64,000 nucleotides of DNA. Origin: Lachnospiraceae bacterium (lineage in GTDB: Bacteria; Bacillota; Clostridia; Lachnospirales; Lachnospiraceae). The notes under the pieces were generated by a model, which saw only the letters and a list, made by a program, of their open reading frames with translations, ran no database searches and was not told the DNA's origin. The position numbers were made by a program, and so were the translations under genes. This document shows positions 31,187 to 39,295 of this stretch, piece by piece. How positions within the stretch are numbered: the stretch's first letter is position 1; each line of letters opens with the position of its first letter. The stretch covers positions 5,518-69,517 of the forward strand of contig SVEL01000011.1 of NCBI GenBank assembly GCA_015057425.1, read 5' to 3'.

Positions 31187-32056
31187 TTATCTGTGATTTC
31201 CCATAAAGAAAAGTGCTACGGTACCGGGACCTGCATGGGCACCGATTGTCGGGCTGATATAATCAATCATTATATTGTTAAAGCCTAACTTTTCCTTCAC
31301 CATATCAGCTACATACTTGGCATCTTCGAGACAATCGCCGTGACCGATGAAGATGTCATTGTTTTCACCTGTATATCCTTCAACAAGTTCGGCCATCTTA
31401 TCTACAAGCGCAGCAAGAGCTTTCTTTCTGCCGCGTACATTACACAATGAAACAAGACGTCCTTCATCATTGACGTGAAGAACCGGTTTTACATTTATAA
31501 GAGTACCAACAATGGCAGTAGTCTTAGAAACACGTCCTCCTCTATGAAGATGGAATAAATCATTTACAGTGAAAATATGTCCGAGGTTAAGCTTGTTTTC
31601 TTCAAGCCATGTTGCAACCTCGTCTATGGAAGCACCCTTTTCTTTCATAATAACTGCTTTGTGAACAAGGAGGCCTTCGCCTAAAGCTGCGGCTAAAGAA
31701 TCAATTACGTGGATTTTTGCATCCGGGTAATCTTCCTTAAGTTCATTTGCAATTATCATAGCATTGTTGTATGTGCTACTGAGAGCAGAAGAAAAACATA
31801 CATACAAAATATCTTTTCCGTTGTTAATGCAATCAAGAAAAATATCTTTAATTTCTTCGGGAACACCGGCCATAGTGCTTGGCATCTTGCCGTCTCTCAT
31901 ATGCTTGTAAAATTCGATTATACTCATTTGGTTTTCTGCGCCGTATACAACGCCGTCCAATGTATAACATAAAGGTACAATCTTTAGATTGTGTTTCTCT
32001 ACGTAAGAAGCAGGTAAATCGCAAGTAGTATCTGAAATAATAACAAAATCTTTCAT
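31187..32056 (-). CDS. DegV-family fatty-acid-binding protein
   Basis: 289 aa. Typical N-terminus IISDTTCDLP. Confidence 0.9.
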   Translation of the reverse strand: MKDFVIISDTTCDLPASYVEKHNLKIVPLCYTLDGVVYGAENQMSIIEFYKHMRDGKMPSTMAGVPEEIKDIFLDCINNGKDILYVCFSSALSSTYNNAMIIANELKEDYPDAKIHVIDSLAAALGEGLLVHKAVIMKEKGASIDEVATWLEENKLNLGHIFTVNDLFHLHRGGRVSKTTAIVGTLINVKPVLHVNDEGRLVSLCNVRGRKKALAALVDKMAELVEGYTGENNDIFIGHGDCLEDAKYVADMVKEKLGFNNIMIDYISPTIGAHAGPGTVALFFMGNHR

Positions 32057-32157
32057 AAAATAACCTAAAACAGTTTACTGTATCCTTCCTTTTTTAATGT
32101 CTTAGTTAATAATAACATCATCTGCCACAAAAATCTATACAAAAAGACAGAAATTTA

Positions 32158-32185
32158 TTGACATTATTTTTTTGTAAATTATAAT
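32158..32185 (+). promoter_or_regulatory. putative promoter of the metal ABC genes
   Basis: TTGACA (32158-32163), 16 nt spacer, TATAAT (32180-32185). It is embedded in an AAATTTATT...AATAAATTT inverted repeat. Confidence 0.5.
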
Positions 32186-32253
32186 AAATTTTGATGACAA
32201 GATAAAAGAAAAAGTTGAAAAATAAGGGAAAACCTGAACAAAGGGAGAAAAAT

Positions 32254-33009
32254 ATGTCCTTAATAACATGCGAAGACGTAACATTATCATATGATTCAAA
32301 AGATGTAATCAGCGGGCTTTCATTTGAAGTAAATGAAGGTGATTATTTGTGTATACTTGGAGAAAATGGTTCCGGTAAAAGTACACTTATAAAAGCGGTT
32401 CTTGGACTTAAAGGGACATCAAAAGGAAAGATTTCCTTTGGCGATGGCCTTAAACAGCGGGAAATAGGATATATACCACAGCAAACTCAGGTACAAAAGG
32501 ACTTTCCGGCCACAGTGTGGGAGATAGTCCGTTCGGGATTTTTAAATAAAATGGGTTTTAGAATGTACTATTCTAAGGATGAAAATGCTAAAGCTCTTGA
32601 AATAATGAAGAAGTTGAATATAGAAGAATTTAAGAATAGAAGCTACAGGGAATTGTCGGGTGGTCAGCAACAACGTGTTTTACTTGCCAGAGCACTTTGC
32701 GCTACTACGAAAGTATTGCTTCTTGATGAACCGGTTGCAGGCCTTGACCATATGATGACCGTTCAGCTCTACAATCTTATTGAAAAGATAAATAAAGAAG
32801 ATAATATTACGATTATAATGGTGTCTCACAACCATGATGCGGCTATGAAATATGCAAGCCATATACTGCATATTCATAAAGATAATATGTATTTTGGTTC
32901 AAAAGAAGATTATCTTGAATGTCCGGTATGCAAGAAGGAAGATGAAAAAGTTCCTCATATTGTAGCGGGACATGCAAAGCATGTAGATAAGTGTAATCAT
33001 AAACACTGA
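32254..33009 (+). CDS. metal (Zn/Mn-type) ABC transporter ATP-binding protein with Cys/His-rich C-terminal tail
   Basis: Walker A GENGSGKST, signature LSGGQQQR. Tail ECPVCKKEDEKVPHIVAGHAKHVDKCNHKH. ATG 32254 is preferred over the TTG at 32215. Confidence 0.85.
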   Translation: MSLITCEDVTLSYDSKDVISGLSFEVNEGDYLCILGENGSGKSTLIKAVLGLKGTSKGKISFGDGLKQREIGYIPQQTQVQKDFPATVWEIVRSGFLNKMGFRMYYSKDENAKALEIMKKLNIEEFKNRSYRELSGGQQQRVLLARALCATTKVLLLDEPVAGLDHMMTVQLYNLIEKINKEDNITIIMVSHNHDAAMKYASHILHIHKDNMYFGSKEDYLECPVCKKEDEKVPHIVAGHAKHVDKCNHKH

Positions 33010-33070
33010 TAACCATAGGCAGACGTCAGAAAGCAAGGTGTGTCAGTATTATAAATATCGGAGGAAACAG

Positions 33071-33913
33071 ATGGGATATGTATTAGAAGAACTTGAACTG
33101 TTCTTTTCATTATCATTTATACAAAGAGCGCTTGTGTCAGGAGCGTTTATATGTCTTTGCGCGGCACTTTTAGGTGCATCGCTTGTGCTAAAGAGATATT
33201 CTATGATTGGTGATGGGTTATCACATGTAGGATTTGGTACATTGGCAGTGGCAACTGCACTTGATGTAAATGATGTGACATTTCAGGTATCGCTGCCGGT
33301 TGTGATTATTACTGCTTTTTTATTACTTAGAATAAGTGACAACAGTAAGATAAAAGGCGATTCGGCTATAGCGATAATATCTACAACGGCGTTGGCAATT
33401 GGTTATATAGTAATGTATAAGCATGGAACTAATATAGATGTAAGTAATTATATGTTTGGCAATATATTCACCATTACTGAAAGAGACGGAATTATAAGTG
33501 TGGTATTAGCGATTGTGGTTATATTGTTATTTGTATTTTTTTATCACAAAATATTTGCAGTTACATTTGACGAGACATTTGCAAGAGCGGTGGGAATAAA
33601 AGCCGGTTTCTATAATGGTGTAATAGCGGTGCTTACAGCGGTGGTAGTTGTTCTTGGTATGAGAATGATGGGAACGCTTCTGATATCAGCTATAATCATT
33701 TTCCCTTCACTTATATCAATGAAAGTTTGTAAAAGCTTTAAAAATGTAGTAATTTTGGCGGCAATATTTGCAGTAATATGTTTCTTTGTGGGAAGTGTTT
33801 CTGCACATCTGCTTGATATACCGACAGGCTCGACAATAGTAGTTATCAATACACTGGTGTTGATACTTGTAAGTATATTTAATTTGGTAAAATCGAGAGT
33901 AAGAACAGAATAA
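33071..33913 (+). CDS. metal ABC transporter permease (ABC-3 family)
   Basis: About 280 aa, 8-9 TM helices, ZnuB/MntB-like. ATG 33071 is preferred. Confidence 0.85.
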   Translation: MGYVLEELELFFSLSFIQRALVSGAFICLCAALLGASLVLKRYSMIGDGLSHVGFGTLAVATALDVNDVTFQVSLPVVIITAFLLLRISDNSKIKGDSAIAIISTTALAIGYIVMYKHGTNIDVSNYMFGNIFTITERDGIISVVLAIVVILLFVFFYHKIFAVTFDETFARAVGIKAGFYNGVIAVLTAVVVVLGMRMMGTLLISAIIIFPSLISMKVCKSFKNVVILAAIFAVICFFVGSVSAHLLDIPTGSTIVVINTLVLILVSIFNLVKSRVRTE

Positions 33914-33926
33914 TGATAATCGGATA

Positions 33927-33975
33927 AAAGAAGCTGAAGAGAATGTTGAAAAATGTTTGCTTCAGCTTCTTTTTT
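33927..33975. terminator. bidirectional terminator at the boundary to the recombinase island
   Basis: The aaagaagctgaag / cttcagcttcttt stem followed by a T run. Confidence 0.7.
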
Positions 33976-34001
33976 GATGAAACATTTTTCGTATAAAAGA
34001 C

Positions 34002-35591
34002 TTATATAGAATTATTAATGTATCTGAAATAAATTTTGATTTCAGGTTGTGTATTCCTGGAATGATACGTTTTTCGTTTGCCAACGTGAATTGAATGAAT
34101 AAGAGAGGACATCACGTCAGATGTAATGGTTTCTATCGGACCGAGGGCTAAGGAAATCTCAGTAAGCTTTACGATGTTTTCGTAATTATTTTTAGCAGTG
34201 TTATATTCTTTCTCTAAGGCAGACAGATTCTTCCTGGCAGCAGTAATCTTTAAATCGTATGCATTTGTCAAAGTTTTAAAATGTTCTAAAGATATATTTC
34301 CTGTCGCATAATCCTTGTACGAGGAGACTAAAAGCTGGTCTAATTCTTCTATAAGTTCTTTGCAGGAAGAAATTTTCTTTGAAATAGAGTTTTGCTGCTG
34401 TGTCTGCTTTGAGATGGATTTTTGAATGTAACTTTCGATAAAACTCTGCTTATTATCAGAAACGGCAAGGAAAAGTTTGTTTATTTCCCGGAGCAAAGCT
34501 TCTTCTATCACGTGATTTCGCACATAATGAGAAGTACATACAGATGGAACCTTCTTGCTGTTGCTGCAAACATAGTGGCTGGTATCGGGATTGGAATTGT
34601 TACTTCGACCGTGATACATTCTTCCTTTACAATCATCACAATATACGTAGCCTGAAAAAATATCATTCTCTCCCAATCTGTTTGGTCGTCTTTTTAAGGA
34701 ACGTCGTTTTTTGACAAGTTCAAATTCGTCATCAGTGATTATTGGCGGGTGCATATTCGGAACGACAATGTGCGAGTCAGGCGGATTTTTGATAACCTTT
34801 TTACTCTTAAATGAAGGTCTGTAAGTTTTACCGCTTACAACACAACCTGTATATGTTTGATTTTCCAAAATGTTTACAATTGTAGATTTATCCCATATGT
34901 AAGGGTGCTCGGCACGTTTTTTGGAATAATATAAGCCGCTTTTTCTGTAATTATAGGCACCCGGAGAGAGGATTTGATGAGATTCCATATATCTGGAAAT
35001 TTGAGAAGGACCCATTCCCTCTATACATAGTTTAAATATAAGTCTGACATTTGGAGAGGTTTCCGGGTTGATGATATATTGCTTGCTTTCGGAATCCTTC
35101 ATATAACCATAAGGCACCGAGCCGGAAATGTGTTCGCCACGTAACGCCATGGAATGTTGGATAGCACGAATCTTTCGGCTTGTGTCCTTTGGATACCATT
35201 CATTAAATAAATCCCGCATCGGCAATAAATCATCAAGCCCTTTGTTGGTGTCAATGCCATCATTTACAGCGATGTATCTTATATTGTGGGCAATAAAATC
35301 ATCCATAAGAGAGCCGATTACAAGATAATTTCTTCCGAGTCGTGAATGATCTTTTACTATGATAGTGGAAATATCTCCATTTCGTACCTGGGACAACAGT
35401 CGGCTGAATGCCGGTCTTTCAAAATTGGTACCGGACCAACCATCGTCGATGTAGTATTCAATGTTAGTGAAATGGTGTTCGAAAGCATAGTTTCTTAAGA
35501 AAATTTTCTGGTTACTGATACTTCCGCTTTCTGTGTTTTGTTCATCGTCTTTACTTAATCTGCAGTAAAGTGCTGTAATCTTTTGTTTCAT
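34002..35591 (-). CDS. large serine recombinase (resolvase/invertase catalytic domain, recombinase domain, zinc ribbon, coiled coil)
   Basis: 529 aa. N-terminus ALYCRLSKDDE...SISNQ contains the catalytic Ser motif. VKDHSRLGRN motif. Cys cluster YCDDCKGRMY...YVCSN. Confidence 0.9.
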   Translation of the reverse strand: MKQKITALYCRLSKDDEQNTESGSISNQKIFLRNYAFEHHFTNIEYYIDDGWSGTNFERPAFSRLLSQVRNGDISTIIVKDHSRLGRNYLVIGSLMDDFIAHNIRYIAVNDGIDTNKGLDDLLPMRDLFNEWYPKDTSRKIRAIQHSMALRGEHISGSVPYGYMKDSESKQYIINPETSPNVRLIFKLCIEGMGPSQISRYMESHQILSPGAYNYRKSGLYYSKKRAEHPYIWDKSTIVNILENQTYTGCVVSGKTYRPSFKSKKVIKNPPDSHIVVPNMHPPIITDDEFELVKKRRSLKRRPNRLGENDIFSGYVYCDDCKGRMYHGRSNNSNPDTSHYVCSNSKKVPSVCTSHYVRNHVIEEALLREINKLFLAVSDNKQSFIESYIQKSISKQTQQQNSISKKISSCKELIEELDQLLVSSYKDYATGNISLEHFKTLTNAYDLKITAARKNLSALEKEYNTAKNNYENIVKLTEISLALGPIETITSDVMSSLIHSIHVGKRKTYHSRNTQPEIKIYFRYINNSI

Positions 35592-35633
35592 TGAAATAAA
35601 CCTCCGTTTGTAATATATTTGTGTAACAATTAT

Positions 35634-35642
35634 ATTATATCA
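35634..35642 (-). promoter_or_regulatory. extended -10 (TGaTATAAT) of the recombinase gene
   Basis: The minus strand reads agTGaTATAAT, about 45 nt upstream of the recombinase ATG (RBS GGAGG). Confidence 0.5.
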
Positions 35643-35643
35643 C

Positions 35644-35675
35644 TATGGCGGTATACCATTAGGGAACCCGCCATA
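35644..35675 (-). other. dyad-symmetric candidate recombinase binding/crossover site
   Basis: The minus strand reads TATGGCGG-gttccctAAtggtata-CCGCCATA: perfect 8 bp arms and a 16 nt spacer. The centre falls on the AA of the CCTAA core shared with the four cassette genes. Confidence 0.5.
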
Positions 35676-35805
35676 AGGGAGATAAAGAAACTAGGGATAA
35701 AAGAAGAGAAGTGATTCAGATAAATATATACCCAAAACGCTTCTCTAAAAGATGGAACTTCCTATATTAGAATTAATGATTATAAAATTGAATTAAATAG
35801 ATAGA

Positions 35806-36663
35806 TTATAGTTTGCAAGTACCACAATCTTTAGATTTCAGATCATTAAATTTCATTACAAATTCATCAACTGTTTTCGACTCTATCGCAAAGTCAAACC
35901 ACTTATCAAGAATATCCGAATTATTTTCATCTTTGATGGAACAAGTAACAATCTCAGGCACATCACCAAGTCGACAGAGTATACGTAATATATATTCAGT
36001 TTTGCCTTCATGTTTAGCTTTTTTTGATGTGCGATTAAGCAATTCTTCAAACTTCATATATCCCGCCTCCAATTCACGACTCTTTTTGAGTTTTGTTACC
36101 TCTTCGTGCAGCTTATGTATCAAAGGATTTTTGACGGTTGATACATATTCGTCACTTGTATTTTCGAAGTATTCAAAAAATTCCCGCAGCTCATCAGGTA
36201 AACTCTCAACATCTTTACCTTTAGTGTTAAAGAAAATCCTTTTAGCGCCATCACCAAGCTTCGCACCATCTTCTGAGCAGGATGCTTCATATGTATATCT
36301 GCAAAGTCCACGTCCAAACGGATCAAATGTACAGATAAATATGATAAAGCTATCTCCGAGTTTGTCATAACTGTCACCCGGTTTCAAAGAAGATATATCA
36401 ACTTCAGCCTGGTAATAACGACTTCGCTTTGGCAAATCATCTTCAGAGAAATTCTGCGCTTCAATATCATAATTAACATCAAATGAATCTGTTGCATGTA
36501 CATCAAGACGGATACATTTAACATCTGAGCTTATAAGTATCGGATGTTCTGACTTAACATTTAGATTATCCACGTGCTTTCCAAGCAACAATTCCAACAT
36601 AATTCTACAGTTATCGGGATTTTCAAATACAGCTGCAAAAAGAAAAGAACTGTTCAAATTCAA
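35806..36663 (-). CDS. Rpn-family recombination-promoting nuclease / PD-(D/E)XK putative transposase
   Basis: 285 aa. RLDVHATD...NYDIEAQN...RSRYY matches the D/ExQ/R-Y pattern of the PDDEXK_2 (YhgA/Rpn) family. The start codon is uncertain: TTG at 36663, or ATT 9 nt after GGAGG. Confidence 0.7.
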   Translation of the reverse strand: MNLNSSFLFAAVFENPDNCRIMLELLLGKHVDNLNVKSEHPILISSDVKCIRLDVHATDSFDVNYDIEAQNFSEDDLPKRSRYYQAEVDISSLKPGDSYDKLGDSFIIFICTFDPFGRGLCRYTYEASCSEDGAKLGDGAKRIFFNTKGKDVESLPDELREFFEYFENTSDEYVSTVKNPLIHKLHEEVTKLKKSRELEAGYMKFEELLNRTSKKAKHEGKTEYILRILCRLGDVPEIVTCSIKDENNSDILDKWFDFAIESKTVDEFVMKFNDLKSKDCGTCKL

Positions 36664-36728
36664 ATCTTTAAACTCTTTACTAATTATTAAACACCTCCTA
36701 CAAAATAGGAAGTTCCCTCTCTTAGAGA

Positions 36729-36756
36729 ATTATACCACTTATTGTATGTAAGTCAA
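36729..36756 (-). promoter_or_regulatory. promoter of the left Rpn gene
   Basis: The minus strand reads TTGACT, 16 nt spacer, TGgTATAAT. Confidence 0.55.
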
Positions 36757-36785
36757 TATATTTTGTATAAATAATTAGTGCCGAA

Positions 36786-36868
36786 TAAAAAACCGAGAGA
36801 CATTGTCTCTCGGTGGGAAAAGGAAAAACAAGCAAAAAAGAAGTCATACCCAAAAGTATGACTTCTTT
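36786..36868 (-). terminator. twin terminator hairpins downstream of cassette gene A
   Basis: On the minus strand: agaagtcatac...gtatgacttct plus a T run, then ccgagagacaatgtctctcgg plus a T run. Confidence 0.7.
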
Positions 36869-36900
36869 ATTAGTGAGAGTTAATTTATCAAGTAAGCTGA

Positions 36901-37827
36901 TTATTCAGCAACGGTTCTCTTTCTCATAACAACAACTACTGCCATAGCAGCTACTGCTAAGATAGCTACTGGAAGAACTGCTGTCATATCACCTGTTTCT
37001 GTTGCATCTTCTGTTTCTGTCTCTGTTGCAGTAGGAGCTGCATATAAAGCTGCTACATCTGCCGCACTTAATTCGCGTTCATAAATGCACACTTCGTCCA
37101 TTAAACCAGAGAAGTTAGCATTCCACCAGTCGCCACTTCCAATAAAACCAACATCTGTCCAAGATGCTGCATCATCACTAAACATGTTTAAATATGTTGA
37201 GCCATTGTCTGTAGAATAAGCAAACCAACCATCGTCAGTATAATTAGCTTCATCCCAGTATGTTGAAACTTCAACACCATCTACATAAACTGTTGCTTTG
37301 CCTGTTGCTGAAACAGTATATGTTAACATTGTCCACTTTGATGTATCCTGACCAACCTTACCTGTTCTCCAATGGTCACCTACTGCTGATTCCCAACTAA
37401 ATGCGCTTGACATAGCTGCACGTGATGCTGCGAATGCATCTGTTGTGTTATTTGAACAGAACTGGAAATACTGACAGCAACCGTCAAAGAACAATGCTGT
37501 TCCTGTTGCGTCATTCTTTACCCAATAACTAACTGTAAAAGCTGTTGTTGTAGGAAGCTTATCCAAGGCAATAGCTACTGCTGCGTTTGCAAGTGTACTT
37601 GTGCCAGCATTTGCTGAAAAGTCAAATGCTTTACCTTTGATACCACCGTCAACATAAGCCGCTGTTCCTTTGTTAAGTGTTGCATCTGAGTCAGCGGCAT
37701 CATTTGCCAAACTATCTTCGAAAGAGTATTTTGCTATTAACCCCGTTTCGATATCAGCCGCAAATGCAGGCGCTGCTAATGCAAGTGTCATTACTGTAGC
37801 TACTGCTACTGCAAAAAATTTCTTCAT
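36901..37827 (-). CDS. secreted LamG/concanavalin-like surface protein, cassette paralog A
   Basis: The start MKKFFAVAVATVMTLALAAPAFA follows GGAGG. LamG-type motif DEVCIYERELSAADVAALY. C-terminus ATETGDMTAVLPVAILAVAAMAVVVVMRKRTVAE. Confidence 0.85.
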   Translation of the reverse strand: MKKFFAVAVATVMTLALAAPAFAADIETGLIAKYSFEDSLANDAADSDATLNKGTAAYVDGGIKGKAFDFSANAGTSTLANAAVAIALDKLPTTTAFTVSYWVKNDATGTALFFDGCCQYFQFCSNNTTDAFAASRAAMSSAFSWESAVGDHWRTGKVGQDTSKWTMLTYTVSATGKATVYVDGVEVSTYWDEANYTDDGWFAYSTDNGSTYLNMFSDDAASWTDVGFIGSGDWWNANFSGLMDEVCIYERELSAADVAALYAAPTATETETEDATETGDMTAVLPVAILAVAAMAVVVVMRKRTVAE

Positions 37828-37887
37828 TTTTCTTTCTACCTCCAATATTAATGTGGTATTCCCCAAAGATAAAAATATATATTTAGG
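37779..37887 (-). repeat. conserved 5' module (CCTAA core, leader, RBS, signal-peptide codons), copy A
   Basis: Near-identical to 38817-38946, 39166-39295 and 41383-41512. Confidence 0.85.
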
Positions 37888-37922
37888 GAACCCGCCATAA
37901 GGGAGATGAAGAAAGAGAAATG

Positions 37923-37956
37923 AAAAAGAAGTCATACCAAAAAGTATGACTTCTTT
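37923..37956 (-). terminator. terminator hairpin downstream of cassette gene B
   Basis: The agaagtcatac / gtatgacttct stem plus a T run on the minus strand. Confidence 0.65.
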
Positions 37957-37989
37957 CATTAGTGAGAATTAATTTATTAAGTATGCTGA

Positions 37990-38886
37990 TTATTCAGCGA
38001 CTGTTCTCTTTCTCATAGCAACAACTACTGCCATAGCAGCTACTGCTAAGATAACTACAGGAAGAACTGCTGTCATATCACCTGTTTCTGTTGCTTCTTC
38101 TGTTTCTGTTTCCTGAATGAATTCGCCTGCTGCTGCTGATGCAACTCCAGCTGCATCTAATTCATCAAACCAAATTGCTACATCATCAAACAAAAGATGT
38201 GAGTCTCTATCTGTCCAGCAGTGATTGTGATATCCACCGATAGTAGCTATAGTATACAAATCTGAGAATGCATCACCAGTATCTGTACGATCTAAACTAT
38301 TAAGAACTTCGCCATCAAGATAAACAACTGACTTTGTAGCAGTTACAGTATAAACCAAATGATGCCACTCGTTGTCATCAAGATATCCGTCATAATTGTT
38401 TGTGTTATATGCGTTGTTATCAAAGAAACCGCCGTTATTAACATGCATTGTTCCTCTAACACCAAAAACTGTCCACTGCCAGTCAGCATCAGGATTCTGC
38501 GCTGTAAATATTGGTGCCCAGCCGTCGCCGATTTCTGTCCAATTAGTAACATCATTATTTGACGCAGGTGATTTTACCCACATACTAAGTGAAAACTCTT
38601 CTGCTGCTGCAAGATCTTCCAAAAACTTTTCAGGAAGTTTTAAATAATCTGTACGCTGTGCTGAAGCTGAACCAGTTACGTTGTCAAATACCTTTCCGCG
38701 TGCATCATCTGCAATTGCACCTGATCCAACAATTGTAAGTGCTGTATCTGTTTCTCCTGCAAGACCTGCATTGTTTAAATTTCCTTCGAAATCATAATAA
38801 TAATTAGGTGCATCCATTGCGAAAGCTGAAACTGACATAGCAAGTGTTGTCACTGTAGCTAAAGCTACTGCAAAAATTTTTTTCAT
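37990..38886 (-). CDS. secreted LamG-like surface protein, cassette paralog B
   Basis: Start MKKIFAVALATVTTLAMSVSAFA. Motif FDDVAIWFDELDAAGVA. Same ETGD-TM-RKRTVAE tail. Confidence 0.85.
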   Translation of the reverse strand: MKKIFAVALATVTTLAMSVSAFAMDAPNYYYDFEGNLNNAGLAGETDTALTIVGSGAIADDARGKVFDNVTGSASAQRTDYLKLPEKFLEDLAAAEEFSLSMWVKSPASNNDVTNWTEIGDGWAPIFTAQNPDADWQWTVFGVRGTMHVNNGGFFDNNAYNTNNYDGYLDDNEWHHLVYTVTATKSVVYLDGEVLNSLDRTDTGDAFSDLYTIATIGGYHNHCWTDRDSHLLFDDVAIWFDELDAAGVASAAAGEFIQETETEEATETGDMTAVLPVVILAVAAMAVVVAMRKRTVAE

Positions 38887-38946
38887 TTTTCTTTCTACCT
38901 CCAATATTAATGTGGTATTCCCCAAAGATAAAAATATATATTTAGG
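38817..38946 (-). repeat. conserved 5' module, copy B (left arm of the inverted repeat flanking the B-C intergenic segment)
   Basis: The first 83 nt from the core are identical to copy C in inverted orientation. A few mismatches follow, out to ~130 nt. Confidence 0.85.
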
Positions 38947-39110
38947 GAACCTGCCATAAGGGAGATGAAGAAAGAAGAGAATGATATGTTGTGAAAACTT
39001 GATAAGTTTCGATAAAGAGTTGACACAGCGTTTAGTATAAATGTGGAGTTTTACTAAACAAAACGTGGTAAAATTCGGATTAAAAAAATAAAAAAAGAAT
39101 TAACATTATG

Positions 39111-39139
39111 TTGACAATAACTTAAATAAATGATATTAT
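39111..39139 (+). promoter_or_regulatory. near-consensus sigma-A promoter facing cassette gene C
   Basis: TTGACA (39111-39116), 17 nt spacer ending in TGa, TATTAT (39134-39139). Confidence 0.65.
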
Positions 39140-39165
39140 TTTTTTATCTTAAAAAAAGAGGTATG

Positions 39166-39295
39166 CCTAAATATATATTTTTATCTTTGGGGAATACCAC
39201 ATTAATATTGGAGGTAGAAAGAAAAATGAAAAAAATTTTTGCAGTAGCTATGGCTACAGTAATGACACTTGCTATGTCAGTTTCAGCTTTCGCTG
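39166..39295 (+). repeat. conserved 5' module, copy C (right arm of the inverted repeat)
   Basis: Homology to the other copies begins exactly at CCTAA (39166-39170). The upstream sequence is unique and carries the promoter. Confidence 0.85.

Larger units (their letters stand above)
35659..37020. repeat. left arm of a ~1.35 kb inverted repeat (Rpn gene, twin terminators, 3' end of the cassette gene)
   Basis: Reverse-complement match to 40018-41387, roughly 85-90 percent identical by eye. The outer end coincides with the CCTAA core. Confidence 0.85.

Noticed and set aside
37828-37922. An internal promoter in the shared leader (TTATCT, 16 nt spacer, TAATAT).
   Set aside because: The -10 would sit immediately before the GGAGG, so the transcript would start within or after the RBS. 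The -35 matches at only 3 of 6 positions. It is kept as a caveat, not a call.
37828-37959. N-terminal extensions of the cassette genes in the ORF track (for example MKEVILFGM...PKYIFLSLGNTTLILEVERK, and likewise 38887-38925, 39130-39225, 41311-41442).
   Set aside because: The open frame runs through the conserved leader, but a GGAGG RBS sits 11 nt before the MKK start and the signal peptide begins there. The extension sequences upstream of the core differ between copies.
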